A stretch of DNA of 64,000 bases from Mobula hypostoma. Taxonomy: Eukaryota. The stretch is from the NCBI RefSeq assembly GCF_963921235.1, contig NC_086097.1:31684001-31748000 (forward strand), written 5' to 3'. Position numbers and translations under genes: made by a program. Below are positions 11,273-24,581 of this stretch, in pieces; within the stretch, counting starts at the first letter, position 1; the number at the start of each line of letters is the position of its first letter. The notes below the pieces were generated by a model, which was given only the letters and a program-made list of their open reading frames with translations, searched no databases and was not told the origin of the DNA.

Positions 11273-14200
11273 ATTAGATTAGATTAGATTAGATTAGATT
11301 AGATTCAATTTTACTGTCATTGTGCAGAGTACAGATACAAAGCCAATGAAATGCAGTTAGCATCTGACTAGAAATGCAAAGAATAGTGTTATTTACGAAA
11401 TAACTGTGAATAAGAAGTAAGTGCTACAGCACACAAATATAAAAGTACTGAGACAGTACAATATGGATGCAATACTGCTTAGCTCTGTGATGAGAGGTTC
11501 AGCAGGGTCACAGCCTCGGGGAAGAAGCTCTTCTTGTGCCTGCTGGTGTGGGAGTGGAGGCTCCTGTAACGCCTACCGGATGGGAGGAGAGTAAAGAGTC
11601 CATGGTTAGGGTGAGATGCATCTTTGATAATGCTTTTCGCCCTGCCCAGGCAGCGTTTATAGTAGATATTCTCAATGGCGGGCAATTGGGTGCTGATAAT
11701 CCGCTGGACAGTTTTCACCACACGCTGGAGTGCTTTGCGGTCTGATACGGGATAATTGCCATACCACACTGAGAGCTTGGATACATACATGGAATTATGA
11801 TGTAGTGGCCATTACAGAGACTTGGCTGGCACCAGGGCAGGAATGGATTCTCAATATTCCTGGATTTCAGTGCTTTAAAAGGGATAGAGAGGGCGGAAAA
11901 AGGGGAGGAGGGGTGGCATTACTGGGCAGGGATACTATTACAGCTACAGAAAGGGTGGGTAATGTAGCAGGATCCTCTTTTGAGTCAATATGGGTGGAAG
12001 TCAGGAACAGGAAGGGAGCAGTTACTCTTCTGGGGGTATTCTATAGGCCCCCTGGTAGCAGCCGAGATACAGAGGAGCAGATTGGGAGGCAGATTTTGGA
12101 AAGGTGCAAAAATAACAGGGTTGTTATTATGGGTGACTTTAACTTCCCTAATATTGATTGGCACCTGAATAGTTCCAAGGGTTTAGATGGGGCAGAATTT
12201 GTTAAGTGTGTCCAGGATGGATTCCTGTCACAGTATGTGGACAGGCCGACCAGGGGTAATGCCATACTAGATCTAGTACTAGGTAATGAACCGGGTCAGG
12301 TCACAGATCTCTCAGTGGGTGAGCATCTGGGGGACAGTGACCACCGCTCCCTGGCCTTTAGCATTATCATGGAAAAGGATAGAATCAGAGGACAGGAAAA
12401 TTTTTAATTGGGGAAAGGCAGATTATGAGGCTATAAGGCTAGAACTTGCGGGTGTGAATTGGGATGATGTTTTTGCAGGGAAATGTACTATGGACATGTG
12501 GTCGATGTTTAGAGATCTCTTGCGGGATGTAAGGGATAAATTTGTCCCGGTGAGGAAGATAAAGAATGGTAGGGTGAAGGAACCATGGGTGACAAGTGAG
12601 GTGGAAAATCTAGTCAGGTGGAAGAAGGCAGCATACATGAGGTTTAGGAAGCAAGGATCAGATGGTCTATTGAGGAATATAGGGAAGCAAGAAAGGAACT
12701 TAAGAAGGGGCTGAGAAGAGCAAGAAGGGGGCATGAGAAGGCCTTGGTGAGTAGGGTAAAGGAAAACCCCAAGGCATTCTTCAATTATGTGAAGAAAAAA
12801 AAGATGACAGGAGTGAAGGTAGGACCGATTAGAGATAAAGGTAGGAAGATGTGCCTGGAGGCTGTGGAAGTGAGCGAGGTCCTCAACGAATACTTCTCTT
12901 TGATATTCACTAATGAGAGGGAACTTGATGATGGTGAGGACAATATGAGTGAGGTTGATGTTCTGGAGCATGTTGATATTAAGGGAGAGGAGGTGTTGGA
13001 GTTGTTAAAATACATTAGGACAGATAAGTCCCCGGGTCCTGACGGAATATTCCCCAGGCTGCTCCACGAGGCGAGAGAAGAGATTGCTGAGCCTCTGGTT
13101 AGGATCTTTATGTCCTCGTTGTCCGCGGGAATGGTACTGGAGGATTGGAGGGAGGCGAATGTTGTTCCCTTGTTCAAAAAAGGTAGTAGGGATAGTCCGG
13201 GTAATTATAGACCAGTGAACCTTACGTCTGTGGTGGGAAAGCTGTTGGAAAAAATTCTTAGAGATAGGGTATATAGGCATTTAGAGAATCATGGTCTGAT
13301 CAGGGACTGTCAGCATGGCTTTGTGAAGGGCAGATCGTGTCTAACAAGCCTGATAGAGTTCTTTGAGGAGGTGACCAGGCATATAGATGAGGGTAGTGCA
13401 GTGGATGTGATCTATGTGGATTTTAGTAAGGCATTTGACAAAGTTCCACACGGTAGGCTTGTTCAGAAAGTTAGAAGGCATGGGATCCAGGGAAGTTTGG
13501 CCAGGTGGATTCAGAATTGGCTTGCCTGCAGATGGCAGAGGTTGGTTGTGGAGGGAGTACATTCAGATTGGAGGATTGTGACTAGTGGTGTCCCACAAGG
13601 ATCTGTTCTGGGACCTCTACTTTTCGTGATTTTTATTAACAACCTGGATGCGGGGGTAGAAGGGTGGGTTGGCAAGTTTGCAGACGACACAAAGGTTGGT
13701 GGTGTTGTAGATAGTGTAGAGGATTGTCGAAGATTGCAGAGAGACATTGATAGGATGCAGAAGTGGGCTGAGAAGTGGCAGATGGAGTTCAACCCGGAGA
13801 AGTGTGAGGTGGTACACTTTGGAAGGACAAACTCCAAGGCAGAGTACAAAGTAAATGGCAGGATACTTGGTAGTGTGGAGGAGCAGAGGGATCTCGGGGT
13901 ACATGTCCACAGATCCCTGAAAGTTGCCTCACAGGTGGATAGGGTAGTTAAGAAAGCTTATGGGGTGTTAGCTTTCATAAGTCGAGGGATAGAGTTTAAG
14001 AGTGGCGATGTAATGATGCAGCTCTATAAAACTCTGGTTAGGCCACACTTGGAGTACTGTGTCCAGTTCTGGTCACCTCACTATAGGATGGATGTGGAAG
14101 CATTGGAAAGGGTACAGAGGAGATTTACCAGGATGCTGCCTGGTTTGGAAAGTATGCATTATGATCAGAGATTAAGGGAGCTAGGGCTTTACTCTTTGGA

Positions 14201-15000
14201 GAGAAGGAGGATGAGAGGAGACATGGTAGAGGTGTACGAGATAATAAGAGGAATAGATAGAGTGGATAGCCAGCGCCTCTTCCCCAGGGCACCACTGCTC
14301 AATACAAGAGGACATGGCTTTAAGATAAGGGGTGGGAAGTTCAAGGGGGATATTAGAGGAAGTTTTTTTACTCAGAGAGTGGTTGGTGCGTGGAATGCAC
14401 TGCCTGAGTCAGTGGTAGAGGGAGATACACTAGTGAAGTTTAAGAGACTACTAGACAGGTATATGGAGGAATCTAAGGTGGGGGCTTATATGGGAGGCAG
14501 GGTTTGAGGGTTGGCACAACATTGTGGGCTGAAGGGCCTGTACTGTGCTGTACTATTCTACGATGTAGTTTGGTGAGTATGCTCTCGATGGTACAGCGGT
14601 AAAAGTCCGTCAGTATCCTGGGACAGAGGTGAGCCTTCAGGAAATGAAGGACACAATTGCGCCTTTTTGATCAGGATGGAGGAGCTCAGGGACCGGGTGA
14701 GATCCTTGGAAATGTGGATACCAAGGAATTTGAAGCTTGATGCACGCTCCACTACAGGTCCGTTGATGTAGGTGGGGATGTGAGTGTGGCTCCTAGCATG
14801 CCTGAAGTCCACAATGATCTCCTTGGTCTTCTGGGTGTTAAGGGCCAGGTTGTTGTCAGCTCACCACATGCCAGGTGCTGGACCTCGTCCTTGTAGGCCG
14901 TCGCGTCATCCCCTCTGATCAGGCCAGTCACCGTGGTGTCATCTGCGAACTTGATTATGGAGCTAGAACCATGTACAGGAATGCAGTCATCGGTGAAAAG
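11273..15000 (-). mobile_element. Rex1/Babar-type LINE, split by a CR1 insertion; (TTAGA)n tail at 11273-11304
   Basis: 14563-15000 encodes KFADD...MDFR...FKFLGIHIS...FYRCTIESILT; 11479-11773 continues SVWYGN...LLPSGRRYRS...SFFPEAVTLLN. Confidence 0.85.
11771..14560 (+). mobile_element. CR1 LINE ORF2 (AP endonuclease and RT), 5'-truncated, two frameshifts (~12390, ~12670)
   Basis: AITETW, MGDFN, SDH endonuclease motifs; DFSKAFD, PQGSVLGP, FADD; 587-aa open stretch 12744-14507; CR1 3' UTR. Confidence 0.95.
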
Positions 15001-15435
15001 GGAACCGTACTCTGGGACCGTTCTCTAATCTTATAACAGTGGGGTAGAATCTGTCCTTGAACCTAATGGTATGTACTTCAGATATTTGTATCTTCTGCCT
15101 GATGGAAGGAGGGAGAAGAGAGAGAGAATGTCTGGATTGGGTGGGACTTTGATTATGCTGGCTGCTTTATCAAGGCAGCACAAACTGTAGACGGAGTCCG
15201 TGGAGGGAAGGCTGGTTTCTGCGATGAGCTGTATAACAGACACAGCACATGAGGTGAGGCACGTTAGGTTCCAACATGCAGCGTAAGACATGGTGCGGTG
15301 CTTGGGGGTTCCACCAAGCAGTGTAATGCAGGGGGATAGCGGTAGTGTGGTGTGATGCAGTCTGGCATGCAGCGTTATGCACAGCGTTATGTGGATCCTT
15401 CATTGTAATGAAGCTGCAATGTAATCAGCATCTAG

Positions 15436-15517
15436 CAGAGGACTCCCCAACCTTTTTCATGCCATGAACCAATACCATTAAGCAAGCGGTCCATGGACCA
15501 CAGTTTGGGAACTGCTG
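15436..15517. mobile_element. ~80-bp hAT-like MITE (second copy at 51823-51930)
   Basis: CAG-GG--TCCCCAACC...TTGGGAAC--CTG terminal inverted repeats; internal sequence shared with the 51823 copy. Confidence 0.6.
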
Positions 15518-16337
15518 GTCTAACTCCAGTGTAAAGAGTTAGAGTTAGACAGCACAGAAACAGGCCTTTTGGCCCGACTCATTCTTGCTGACCAAGTTGC
15601 CTAGTTAAGTCAGTCCCATTTTTCTACATTTGGCCTATTTTTAAACTTTTCTTTATCATATTAAACCTGTGCCCACTAGTTTTAGACTGCCCTACACTGG
15701 GGAAAAGACTGATCATTCGTCTTATCTATGTCCTTCATGATTTTGTAATGCATGCTCTGCTACCTGCAGTGTCAAACACACACAGTCTGATGAACAGAAG
15801 ACTCCAGCATGCAGTGTGATGCTTGTGTGTAAGCATTGGAAAGCTTACCTTGTATACTGTTCATGCAGATCAAATCATTACACAGTGCGTGAAGGTAGAA
15901 TAAGGTAAAACAATAAGTGTAAAGAACAAAGTGTAAAAGCTACTGGAAAAAGTGCAGAGAAGGTAAATGATAAAGTGCAAGATCATTACGAGTTTGATTA
16001 TATGAGTATAATGGGTGGTGTGGTGCATGCTAGGGATGTGGATCAGTGCATTTTGGGAAGTCAAACCAATGGAGGATGTATACTATGAATGGTAGGGTAC
16101 TAGAGAGTGTAATAGAACAGATGTGCTTAAGTGTACAAGTGAATAGTTCATTAGAAGTGGTGTAACAGGTAGACAGGGTGGTGAAAGGGGCATTTAGCAT
16201 GATAAGCTTCAGCAGTCAAACAATGAGTACAGGAGAATGGGACATTATTTTTCAGTTGTATGTCAATGGTGTATCGTTGGGATCCTGGGATTAGTTGACT
16301 AGTGTTACTGACTGTTTACTGTCTCTTCTGTTGTCAG

Positions 16338-16414
16338 TTGGAGGACCAGCTGAGGGAGCACCGGAGGGAGCTGGAGAATAAGGATGAGGTTATCAGAATC
16401 CTGACACGACTGAG
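16338..16414 (+). CDS. Exon of CCDC170-like gene (LEDQLREHRRELENKDEVIRILTRL-R)
   Basis: Acceptor TCTCTTCTGTTGTCAG, donor GTGAGG; 77 nt, phase 0 to 2; coiled-coil-like peptide. Confidence 0.75.
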
Positions 16415-17215
16415 GTGAGGCCATCGGTCCAAATATGTACCCCAGCGAATTTTCCTTCCCACTAGCCTCCCTCTGCTCGAAGCCATACCACGCAAAGTCC
16501 TGGGCCTATGGTTTAACTCTAAACTGATTCCACAATCTACAGACTCTCTTTCAGGATTCTACAACTCATGTTCTCAGTGCTATTATTTTCACAATTTGTC
16601 TTCTTTTGCAGCTTGGTTGTGTGTCAGTCTTTGTTTATGTGTAGCTTTTCATAAGTTCGATTATATTTCTTTATTTTTCCTGCAAATGCCTACAAGACAA
16701 TGCATCTCAGGGTTGTATGTGGTGACATATACATACTTTGATAATAAATGTACTTTGACTTTTATCAACTAGATTGGTGCCCCTCGCTTTCTGTGTAGTC
16801 TGATAATGGTTTTGGTAACTTTGCTCCTGACTTCTTGGCTGTCATGTAAAGGCACCTCCCTTATCCAAATGTCCTCACGTTCTTAGTATTACTTTTATCA
16901 TTTGCACGGTTTGTTTTCTTTTGAACATTGGTTGTTTGTCAGTTATTGTCTGTTTCTGTATAGTTTTTCGAAGTTCTATTGCCTTTCTTTATTTTCCTGT
17001 AAATACCTGCCAGAAAATGAACTTCAGAGTAGTAAATGATGACAGATATGACTCCTGACACTGAACTTAAAGGGTTTGCATTTCTACAGCAACCTTCGTG
17101 ACCCCAGGACATCCTGAAGATGAAGGAGATAACCCATGATTTTGCCCCAAAACACAGATGTGTCAAAATCCAGAGGCCATAGGTTTATGCTAAATGGGAA
17201 GAAATTTAGAGATAA

Positions 17216-17835
17216 GCGGGAGGAGAAGATGGCGGCGCGCCTGCGTGTGTGCAGCCCTCCAGTGAAAAGTGATATCGTATCTGTTAAATAGGGGCCGTGG
17301 ACAATTCTGATTTGATGGAGAAAGGACGTAAAAGCACAGAGGAACATCTGGAGAAATTCCTGAAACGCCTGTTCGCTTCTGTCGTTACTGTGTGGTTGGG
17401 AATCTTTCGGAGGGTAGGCCTCAAAATCCCTGGCCTTGCCTGCTTTTGGCGACCGAGAAGGAGGTAGAATCGTTCGGATAGAGATGGCGCTCAGTACTCG
17501 GTGTCGGAGAGCTAATCAGAGCTCGAAGTTTTCAGATGACTCAGAGTCGGATTGTGGTCGGCATGGCAGGGAGAGTTTTCTTCCTTCTCCCGTCTGCGTG
17601 AGATGTGGGACATTTGAGAAACTTTGAACTTCACTGTGCTCATGGACTTTTTCATCAAGTTATGGTATTGTGCACTGTTGTAACTATATGTTATAATTAT
17701 GTGGTTTTGTCGGTTTTTTCAATCTTGGTCTGCCCTGTGTTTTGTGATATCACACTGGAGGAAATATTGTCACATTTCTTAATGCATACATTACTAAATG
17801 ACAATAAAAGAGGACTACGTGTCTTCATAATCATC
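17216..17835 (+). mobile_element. ~620-bp non-coding retroelement inserted in a CR1 fragment
   Basis: Starts near GAAGATGGCGGCG (LINE 5'-UTR-like) and ends in a CATAAT-type tail; the CR1 sequence AAATTTAGAGATAAG...TTCTGAGGAAGAACTGTTTCACACAG resumes after it. Confidence 0.6.
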
Positions 17836-17929
17836 ATAAGTTCTGAGGAAGAACTGTTTCACACAGGAGGTTTGCGATCTAGAACAGACTGCAGATGGAG
17901 CCAGGTGGAGACAGTGACTCTCACAGCAA

Positions 17930-19050
17930 TACAGATCCATAATTCCTTGAAAGTGCCATCACAGGTAGATAGGGTTGTAAAAAGAGCTTTTGGCATACTT
18001 TTTTCAAAAATTAGAGTATTTGATAGAGGATGTTATGTTGAATTTATATAAGATGTTGCTGAGGCCAAATTTGGAGTATTGAGTGCAGCTCTGGTCACCT
18101 ACCTGCAGGAAAGATATCAATAAGATTGAAAGGGTGTAAAGAAAATTTAAAAGAATGTTGCCAGGACTTGAGGATCTGAGTTACAGGAAAAGATTGAATA
18201 GGTTAGGACTTCAATCCCAGGATCGTAGGAGAATGAGGGGAGATTTTTTTAGAGATACACAAAATTGTGAGGAGTAAATGTATGTAGACTTTTTCCCTGA
18301 GGTTGAGTGTGACTACAACTAGGGGTCATTGATTAAGGGTGAAAGGTTAAATACTTAAGGGAACTTGAGGGGGAATTTCTACACTCAAAGGTTGGTGTGA
18401 GTGTGAAATGAGCTGCTAGCAGAAATGATGGATGTGGGTTTGATTACAAAATTTAACAGAAGTTTGGAAAAGTACATTGATGGGAGGGCTATGGTCCAGA
18501 TGTAGGTGGATGGGACTAGGCTGAGTAACAGTTTGGCATGGACTAGATGGGCTGAAGGGCCTGTTTCTGTGTTGTGGTGCTCAATAACTCTATGGCACTA
18601 TATATTTGGCTGAGTCCTTGAATCTCCAAGACAGAGAAGGGTGTGGACCAAGAGCTGGGAAATGGGGTTAGTGTAGTGAAATGGGAAACTTGACCATCAG
18701 TATGACCTGTGGGTTGAAGGTCCTGTTTCTGTAATCTCTCACTCTATTAAGGAAATAGTTTGTTGTCACTGATGAATTGTTGGTAATGCAGCAAACAATT
18801 AGTGTACAATTCTTCAGCCAGAGGGCGGCGGTGAAACTGTGGAATTCACTGCCATTGACGGCTGTGGAGGTGAAGCCATTGGCTATATTTAAAGCAGAGG
18901 TTGATAGGTTCCTGATTCGTAAGGCTGTCAAAGGTTATGTGGGAAGGCAAGAGAAGAGGGTTGAGAGGGATAATAAATCAGCCATGATGGAATGGTGGAG
19001 CAGACTCGATGGACTGAATGGCCTAATTCTGCTCCTATGTTTTATGGTCA
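17930..19050 (+). mobile_element. Degraded CR1 LINE 3' fragments
   Basis: IHNSLKVPSQVDRVVKRAFG; FFSQRAAVKLWNSLP...IFKAEVDRFL; CR1 3' UTRs. Confidence 0.85.
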
Positions 19051-19887
19051 CAGCAAGCTCCAATAAACTCTGCAATGGAATAATCAGTTTTAGTGGTGTT
19101 GATGGAGGAGTAATTGAAACACTGGTGCCAGCTACCCTGTGATGGCCAGAGGGAACACTTGCCCGAGGTACTCGATGTACGCTCATCTTAATGCCTCCCC
19201 AGGACAATGGCCTTTGACCACGGAGCACTCCGTCAGTGCTATACTGTTATTCCAGCCTGTTTAAATATTTAAAGATTAGTATTATTTGTCACATGTACTT
19301 CAAAATATCGAAACATACAGGAAATGCGCCGTTTGCGTCAACGACCAGCACTGTCTGAGGATTGAGCTGGACGGAGGCCGCAAGTGTTGCCATTCTGCCG
19401 GCACCAGTATAGCAAGCCCACAATTCACTAATCCTAACCCATACATCTTTGGAATGTGGGAGGAAACCAGAGCACCTGGAGGAAACCAATGTGGTCATGG
19501 TGAGAACATACAAAGTCCTTACAGACAGCAGCAGGAATTGAACCCTGATCTTAAAGCTGGTGTTGTAAAGCATTACTTGAAATGCTACGCCACCATGCTG
19601 CCCTGTATCCTGTGGCCAGGTCACTGCATTTGATTGAATAGCCTTCTGGCCTCGGTTTCAGGCTTCTAGCCATTGCCTGGAGATGGCCTGGAAGTCTGTG
19701 CTTGGGGCAAGATCCCAGTGGCCATTCTGTGTGTGCGTGGACTCTTAATCCCCAGCAAAGCAGCAGCATGGGAGAAGGTTGTGAAATGTTTCAGCCGAGT
19801 GATAAACCCACCTCCCTGAGGTTCAGTCTGTGGGTCTGAATGCCCTTCAGTGTCCCCCATTAATGGCTTGTATGTTTCTTTCCGCAG

Positions 19888-19939
19888 AGGAGCCGACGAT
19901 TCACCAGTAGGCGTCACTAGCAACCTGCGCCTGCCAGAG
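19888..19939 (+). CDS. Exon of CCDC170-like gene (GADDSPVGVTSNLRLPE)
   Basis: Acceptor TTTCTTTCCGCAG, donor GTGGGT; 52 nt, phase 2 to 0, bridging exons 16338 and 27141 exactly. Confidence 0.65.
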
Positions 19940-22469
19940 GTGGGTATTCCACAGCCATGTCGATGCAGTGTGGCAGGAACAGAAGTAAACATTTCCTGTA
20001 TCTGGCAGCGCCAACATTTATTGCCCATCCCTTGCTGTCCATTCAGGAGGCGTGGGAGATCTACCTCATAGAACATGCAATAGTGCCACACAGTACTGGC
20101 CCCGTGGCCCACCATGTTGTGTTGACCTAACACTCCCCTCCCACATAGCCCTCTACTTTTCTATCATCCATATGCCTATCTCAGAGTGTCTTAAATGTCC
20201 CCAGTGTTTCTGCCTCTATTGCCATCTCTGGCAGCACATTCCACACACCCACCACCCTCTGTGTAAAAAAAACCAACCTCTGACATCCTGTCCCATACTT
20301 TCTTCCAATCACCTCAAAATTATGCCCCCTCATGTTAGCCATTTTTGCCCTAGAAAAATGTCTCCGGCTGTTCATTCTATCTATGCCTGTTATCATATCA
20401 CCTCTCATCCTCCTTCACTCCAAAGAGAAAAGCCCTAGCTCACTCAACCTATCCTCATAAGACATGCTCTCTAATCCAGGCAGCATCCTGGTAAATCTCT
20501 GCACCCTCAAACTTCCACATCCTTCCTATAATGAGGTGACCATTGATTACAGTTTTACCAGGGTGTTTTATACCATATGAAAGTGACAACACAGATTCAC
20601 AGGGTGGTGAAGAAGACGTCTGGCATGCTTGCCTTTATCGGTCAAGAGATGAAAATCCATATTACAAATGCGCAGGACATTGGTGAGACCACATTTGGAG
20701 CACTGTGTTCAGTTCTGGTCACCCAACTATAGGAACCAAGTTGTTAAACTGGAGAGTGTGCAGAAAACGTGTTGCAGGGTCTGGAGGGCTTAGGTGATAA
20801 GGTGATATAGGATAGGCTGAGCCTAAAATTAGGGGTGAAAAGAGACTTTGAGTGTAGAACGAGCTGCCAGCGGAAGCGGTGGATGCAGGTTTGATTGCAA
20901 CATTTAAGGGAAGTTTGGATAAGAGGGGAATGGAGCTCTATAGTCCAGGATCAGGTCAATAAGGCTAGGCTCAATAACAGTTTGCATGGGACTACATGGG
21001 ACAAAAAGTCTTTCCGTGTTGTAGTAGTCTATGAATCGAGGTTGGGAATGATTTCTCTGAAGCGAAGGAGACTGACGGGTGACCTTACGGAGATTTATAA
21101 AATTATGAGGGGCATAGATAACTTGGATGGTCACAGTCTTTTCTCAAAGGTAGGGAAACAGAATTGGACCATTTGGAATAGAGATGTTTCCATGTTACTT
21201 TACAGTTTCACCACCAGGAGTCAGTGTTTCACTGTATACAGCCAGCGAGCTTGCTAACGCTAGGTGTAATCGTGTTATCATACAAAACAGAGGAACAGAA
21301 TTAGGCCATTTGGTCCATCTGCTCTGCTGTTCCTTCACAGTGACTTATCACCCCTCCCAACACCATTCTCCTGCCTTCTCCCCATTTCCTTTGATGCACA
21401 AGCTAATCAAGAACCTGCACTTTAAATATACCCAAGCAACGAGCAATGCGCACAAGATGCTGGAGGAACTCAACAGGCAGGGCCGAAATATCAACTGTAC
21501 CTTTTTTCCATAGTTCCTGCTGAGTTCCTCCAGCATTTTGTGTCTGTTGCTTGGATTTCCAGCATCTGCAGATTCTCTCTTGATTGTGCTTTAATGACTT
21601 GGCCTCCACAGCTGTCTGTGGCAATGAATTCCACAGATTCACCACCCTCTGGTGGAAGACATTTACTCTCATCTCTGATCTAAATGGAAATCCTTGTATT
21701 TTGAGGCTGTGCCTTCTGGTCCTAGACTCTTCCACTATTAGAAATATCATCTCCATGTTCACTCTGTCTAGGACTTTCAATATTTAGCAAGGTTCATTAA
21801 GCAGCTTCCATCATCAAGGACCCCCACAACCACCCAGGCCACACTCTCTTCTCACTACTGCCATCAGGAAGGTGGTACAGGAGCCTCAGCTCCAACACCA
21901 CCAGATTCACCTCAACCATCGGGCTCTTGAACCAAATGGATAACCACTCAACTTCACTTGCCCCATTATTGAAATGTTCCCACAACCTACGGACTCACTT
22001 TCAAAGACTCTTCATCTCATGTTCTTGATATTTATTTATTATTATTTCTTTTATTTTGTATTTGCATAGCTTGATGTCTTTTGCACACTGGTGAATGCCC
22101 AGTTGGTGCGGTCTCTCTTTGATTCTACTATGATTATTATTCTAGTTTGGATTTATTGAGTATGCCCACTGGAAAATGAATCTCAGGGTTGTATATGGTG
22201 ACATTTATGTACTTTGATAGTAAATTTACTTTGAACATTGAACTTTGAGATCCCCTCTCATTTTTCGAATATCCAGCAAGGACAGGCCCAGAGCCATTCA
22301 TTCCTGGGATTATTCTTTGGACCCTCTCCAATGCCACATTCCACAACACCACTTGTCCATTCCAATTTAACTCAAAGATGTTTGAGATGATGTATCTGGG
22401 GAGCTGGGGCAGAGCAAAGGAATGTACAATAAATGGGAGGATACTGTGAGGGGGGCTGGACAGGGCACC

Positions 22470-22790
22470 AGGGCAGGGCAGTGGCAATAGCATAACACTA
22501 TTACAGTGCCAGCTATAGGATCAGGGTGCAGTTCCCACTGCTGCCTGTAAGAAGTTTGTATGTTCTCCCCATGACCACATGGGTTTCCTCCAGGTACCCC
22601 AGTTTCCTCCCACATTCCAAAGATGTACGATTTAAGGTTAATGAGTTGTGGACATGCTATGTTGGTGCTGGAGCACGGCGACATTTGTGGGCTACCCCCA
22701 GCACATCCTCGGACTGTGTTGGTCATTGACGCAAACGACACATTTCACAGTATGTTTCGATGTCCATTAGACGAATAGGGCTAATCTTTG
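22470..22790 (+). mobile_element. tRNA-derived V-domain SINE (HE1-like); other copies at ~19410-19600(-), 29080-29300(+), 35370-35530(-), 36860-37100(-), 53790-53900(-), 60680-60935(+)
   Basis: Degenerate tRNA-like head followed by GGGTTTCCTCCAGGT-C-CC-GTTTCCTCCCACATTCCAAAGA, the V-SINE core. Confidence 0.75.
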
Positions 22791-24581
22791 GAGTATGTGT
22801 CCATAGATTGTAAAAGGCATTCAGGAATAAGACCCATCCATCTTCCCGCTGATCTTCCATTTTTCAACTGTCTGTCATCCCTGCTTTAAATGAGTTTATT
22901 AGCTGAGCCCCCATAGCCCCTGGGGCAGTTGACTCCAAAGATACATCAGTCTCGTGGGACGTAGAACAGTACAGCACAGCACAAAACAGGAACAGGCTCC
23001 TCAGCACACCATGTCCGTGCCAAAAATTATGCCAAGTTAAACTAATTCTTTTCTGCCTGCACATGATCAATCTCCCTCCATTCTCTGCATATCCAGGTGC
23101 TTAAAAACCCCTCGGCCACCAATTATTGTGTCTGCCTCCTCTACTCAACTTGGCAGTTTGGTCCAGGCACCCACCACTCTGTGCATCGACAAAAACCTGC
23201 CCTGCACTTCTCCTTTGAACTTACCCCTCTTGCCTCAAGTTCGTGACCTCTAGTACTTGACATTTTTACCTTACCATTGAGCTCTAAGATTATTGTGTAC
23301 TGTATTACATAGAACATAGAAATCTACAACACATTACAGGCCCTTCAGCCCACAATGTTGTGCTGACCATGAAACCCACTCTAGAAACTGCCTCGTTTTC
23401 CAATGCTGTCACTTCTCATTCAGAATCAGAATCAAAATTATTATCACTGACATGAAATTTGTTGCTTTGCAACAGTGCTAACATATAAAATTACTATAAA
23501 TCACAACAAATAAATAGTACAAATAAAAATGAATAAAAAGGTATTGTTCGTGGGTTCATGCAACATTCAGACAACAAGACATAGGAGCAGAATTAGGCAA
23601 TTCAGTCCATTGAGTCTGCTCCACTATTCAATTATGGCTGATCTATTTCCCCTCACACTCTGATGGTGGAGGGGCAGAAGCTGTTCCTGAATCACTGAGT
23701 GTGGTTCTTCAAGCTTCTGTGCCTCCTCTCAATGGTAGTAACAAGAAGAGGGCTTGTTCCAGATGCTGAGGGTCATAGTGATGGATGCTGCCTTCACCAG
23801 GCACCGCCTTTTGACAGGGACATCGAAGGTGGGGAGGGTTGTGTCCGTGATGGAGCTGGCTGAGTTTACAACCCTCTGCAGCTTTTTCTAATTGAAACAT
23901 AGTCTGTTCTAGTGATCAAAGTGGTCTGGTCATGGTGTTGCTAAACTGTACTGATTAGGGTTGTGCAGGTTGGTACAAGAACCAATTGGTTAAAGGGAAG
24001 CTTCTGTTACAGAACCTGATGGTGTGGGACTTTAGGCTTCTATACCTTCTGCCTGAAGATGGCATGTCCTGGTTTGTGGGGATCTTAGATGGTGGATGTT
24101 GCCTTCTTGGGGCAGTGCCCCCTGCAGAAACTGCCATTGGTGGGGAAGAATGTACTTGTTATGTAGCACATTGCTGCACGTTTGAATTGTCGTACCAGAC
24201 TATGATGTGGTCAGTACTTCTGCAGAGGTTTGTTTGGATGCTTGGTGATGAGCTGAATCTCCCTAACCTTTTCAGAAAGTAAAGCCGCTGTCGTGCTTTC
24301 CCTTTGTGTACTGGGCCCAGGACAGGTCATCTGTTATCGCCCAAGACCTTAAAGCTGCTGTTTCTTTCCAGTACCAACCCCCCGCCCCCCACCAATGTAG
24401 AGACTGGTACACGTTCATCCTCCTTTCCCTTCCTAAGTCAGCAATCAGATCTTTAGTTTAATTGATGTTGAGTGAAAGGTTGTGAGCTGCTTTTAGCACA
24501 ACCTGAGGTGCGCTGGCTGTTAAATCAAACGACACAACTCCAACCTGATGGCATGAATATCGATTTCTCCCTCCAGTAATA

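Noticed and set aside
11273..11304. Interstitial telomeric repeat
   Set aside because: It is (TTAGA)n rather than TTAGGG, and it marks a LINE 3' tail.
22470..22560. tRNA gene
   Set aside because: Degenerate SINE head; no complete cloverleaf.
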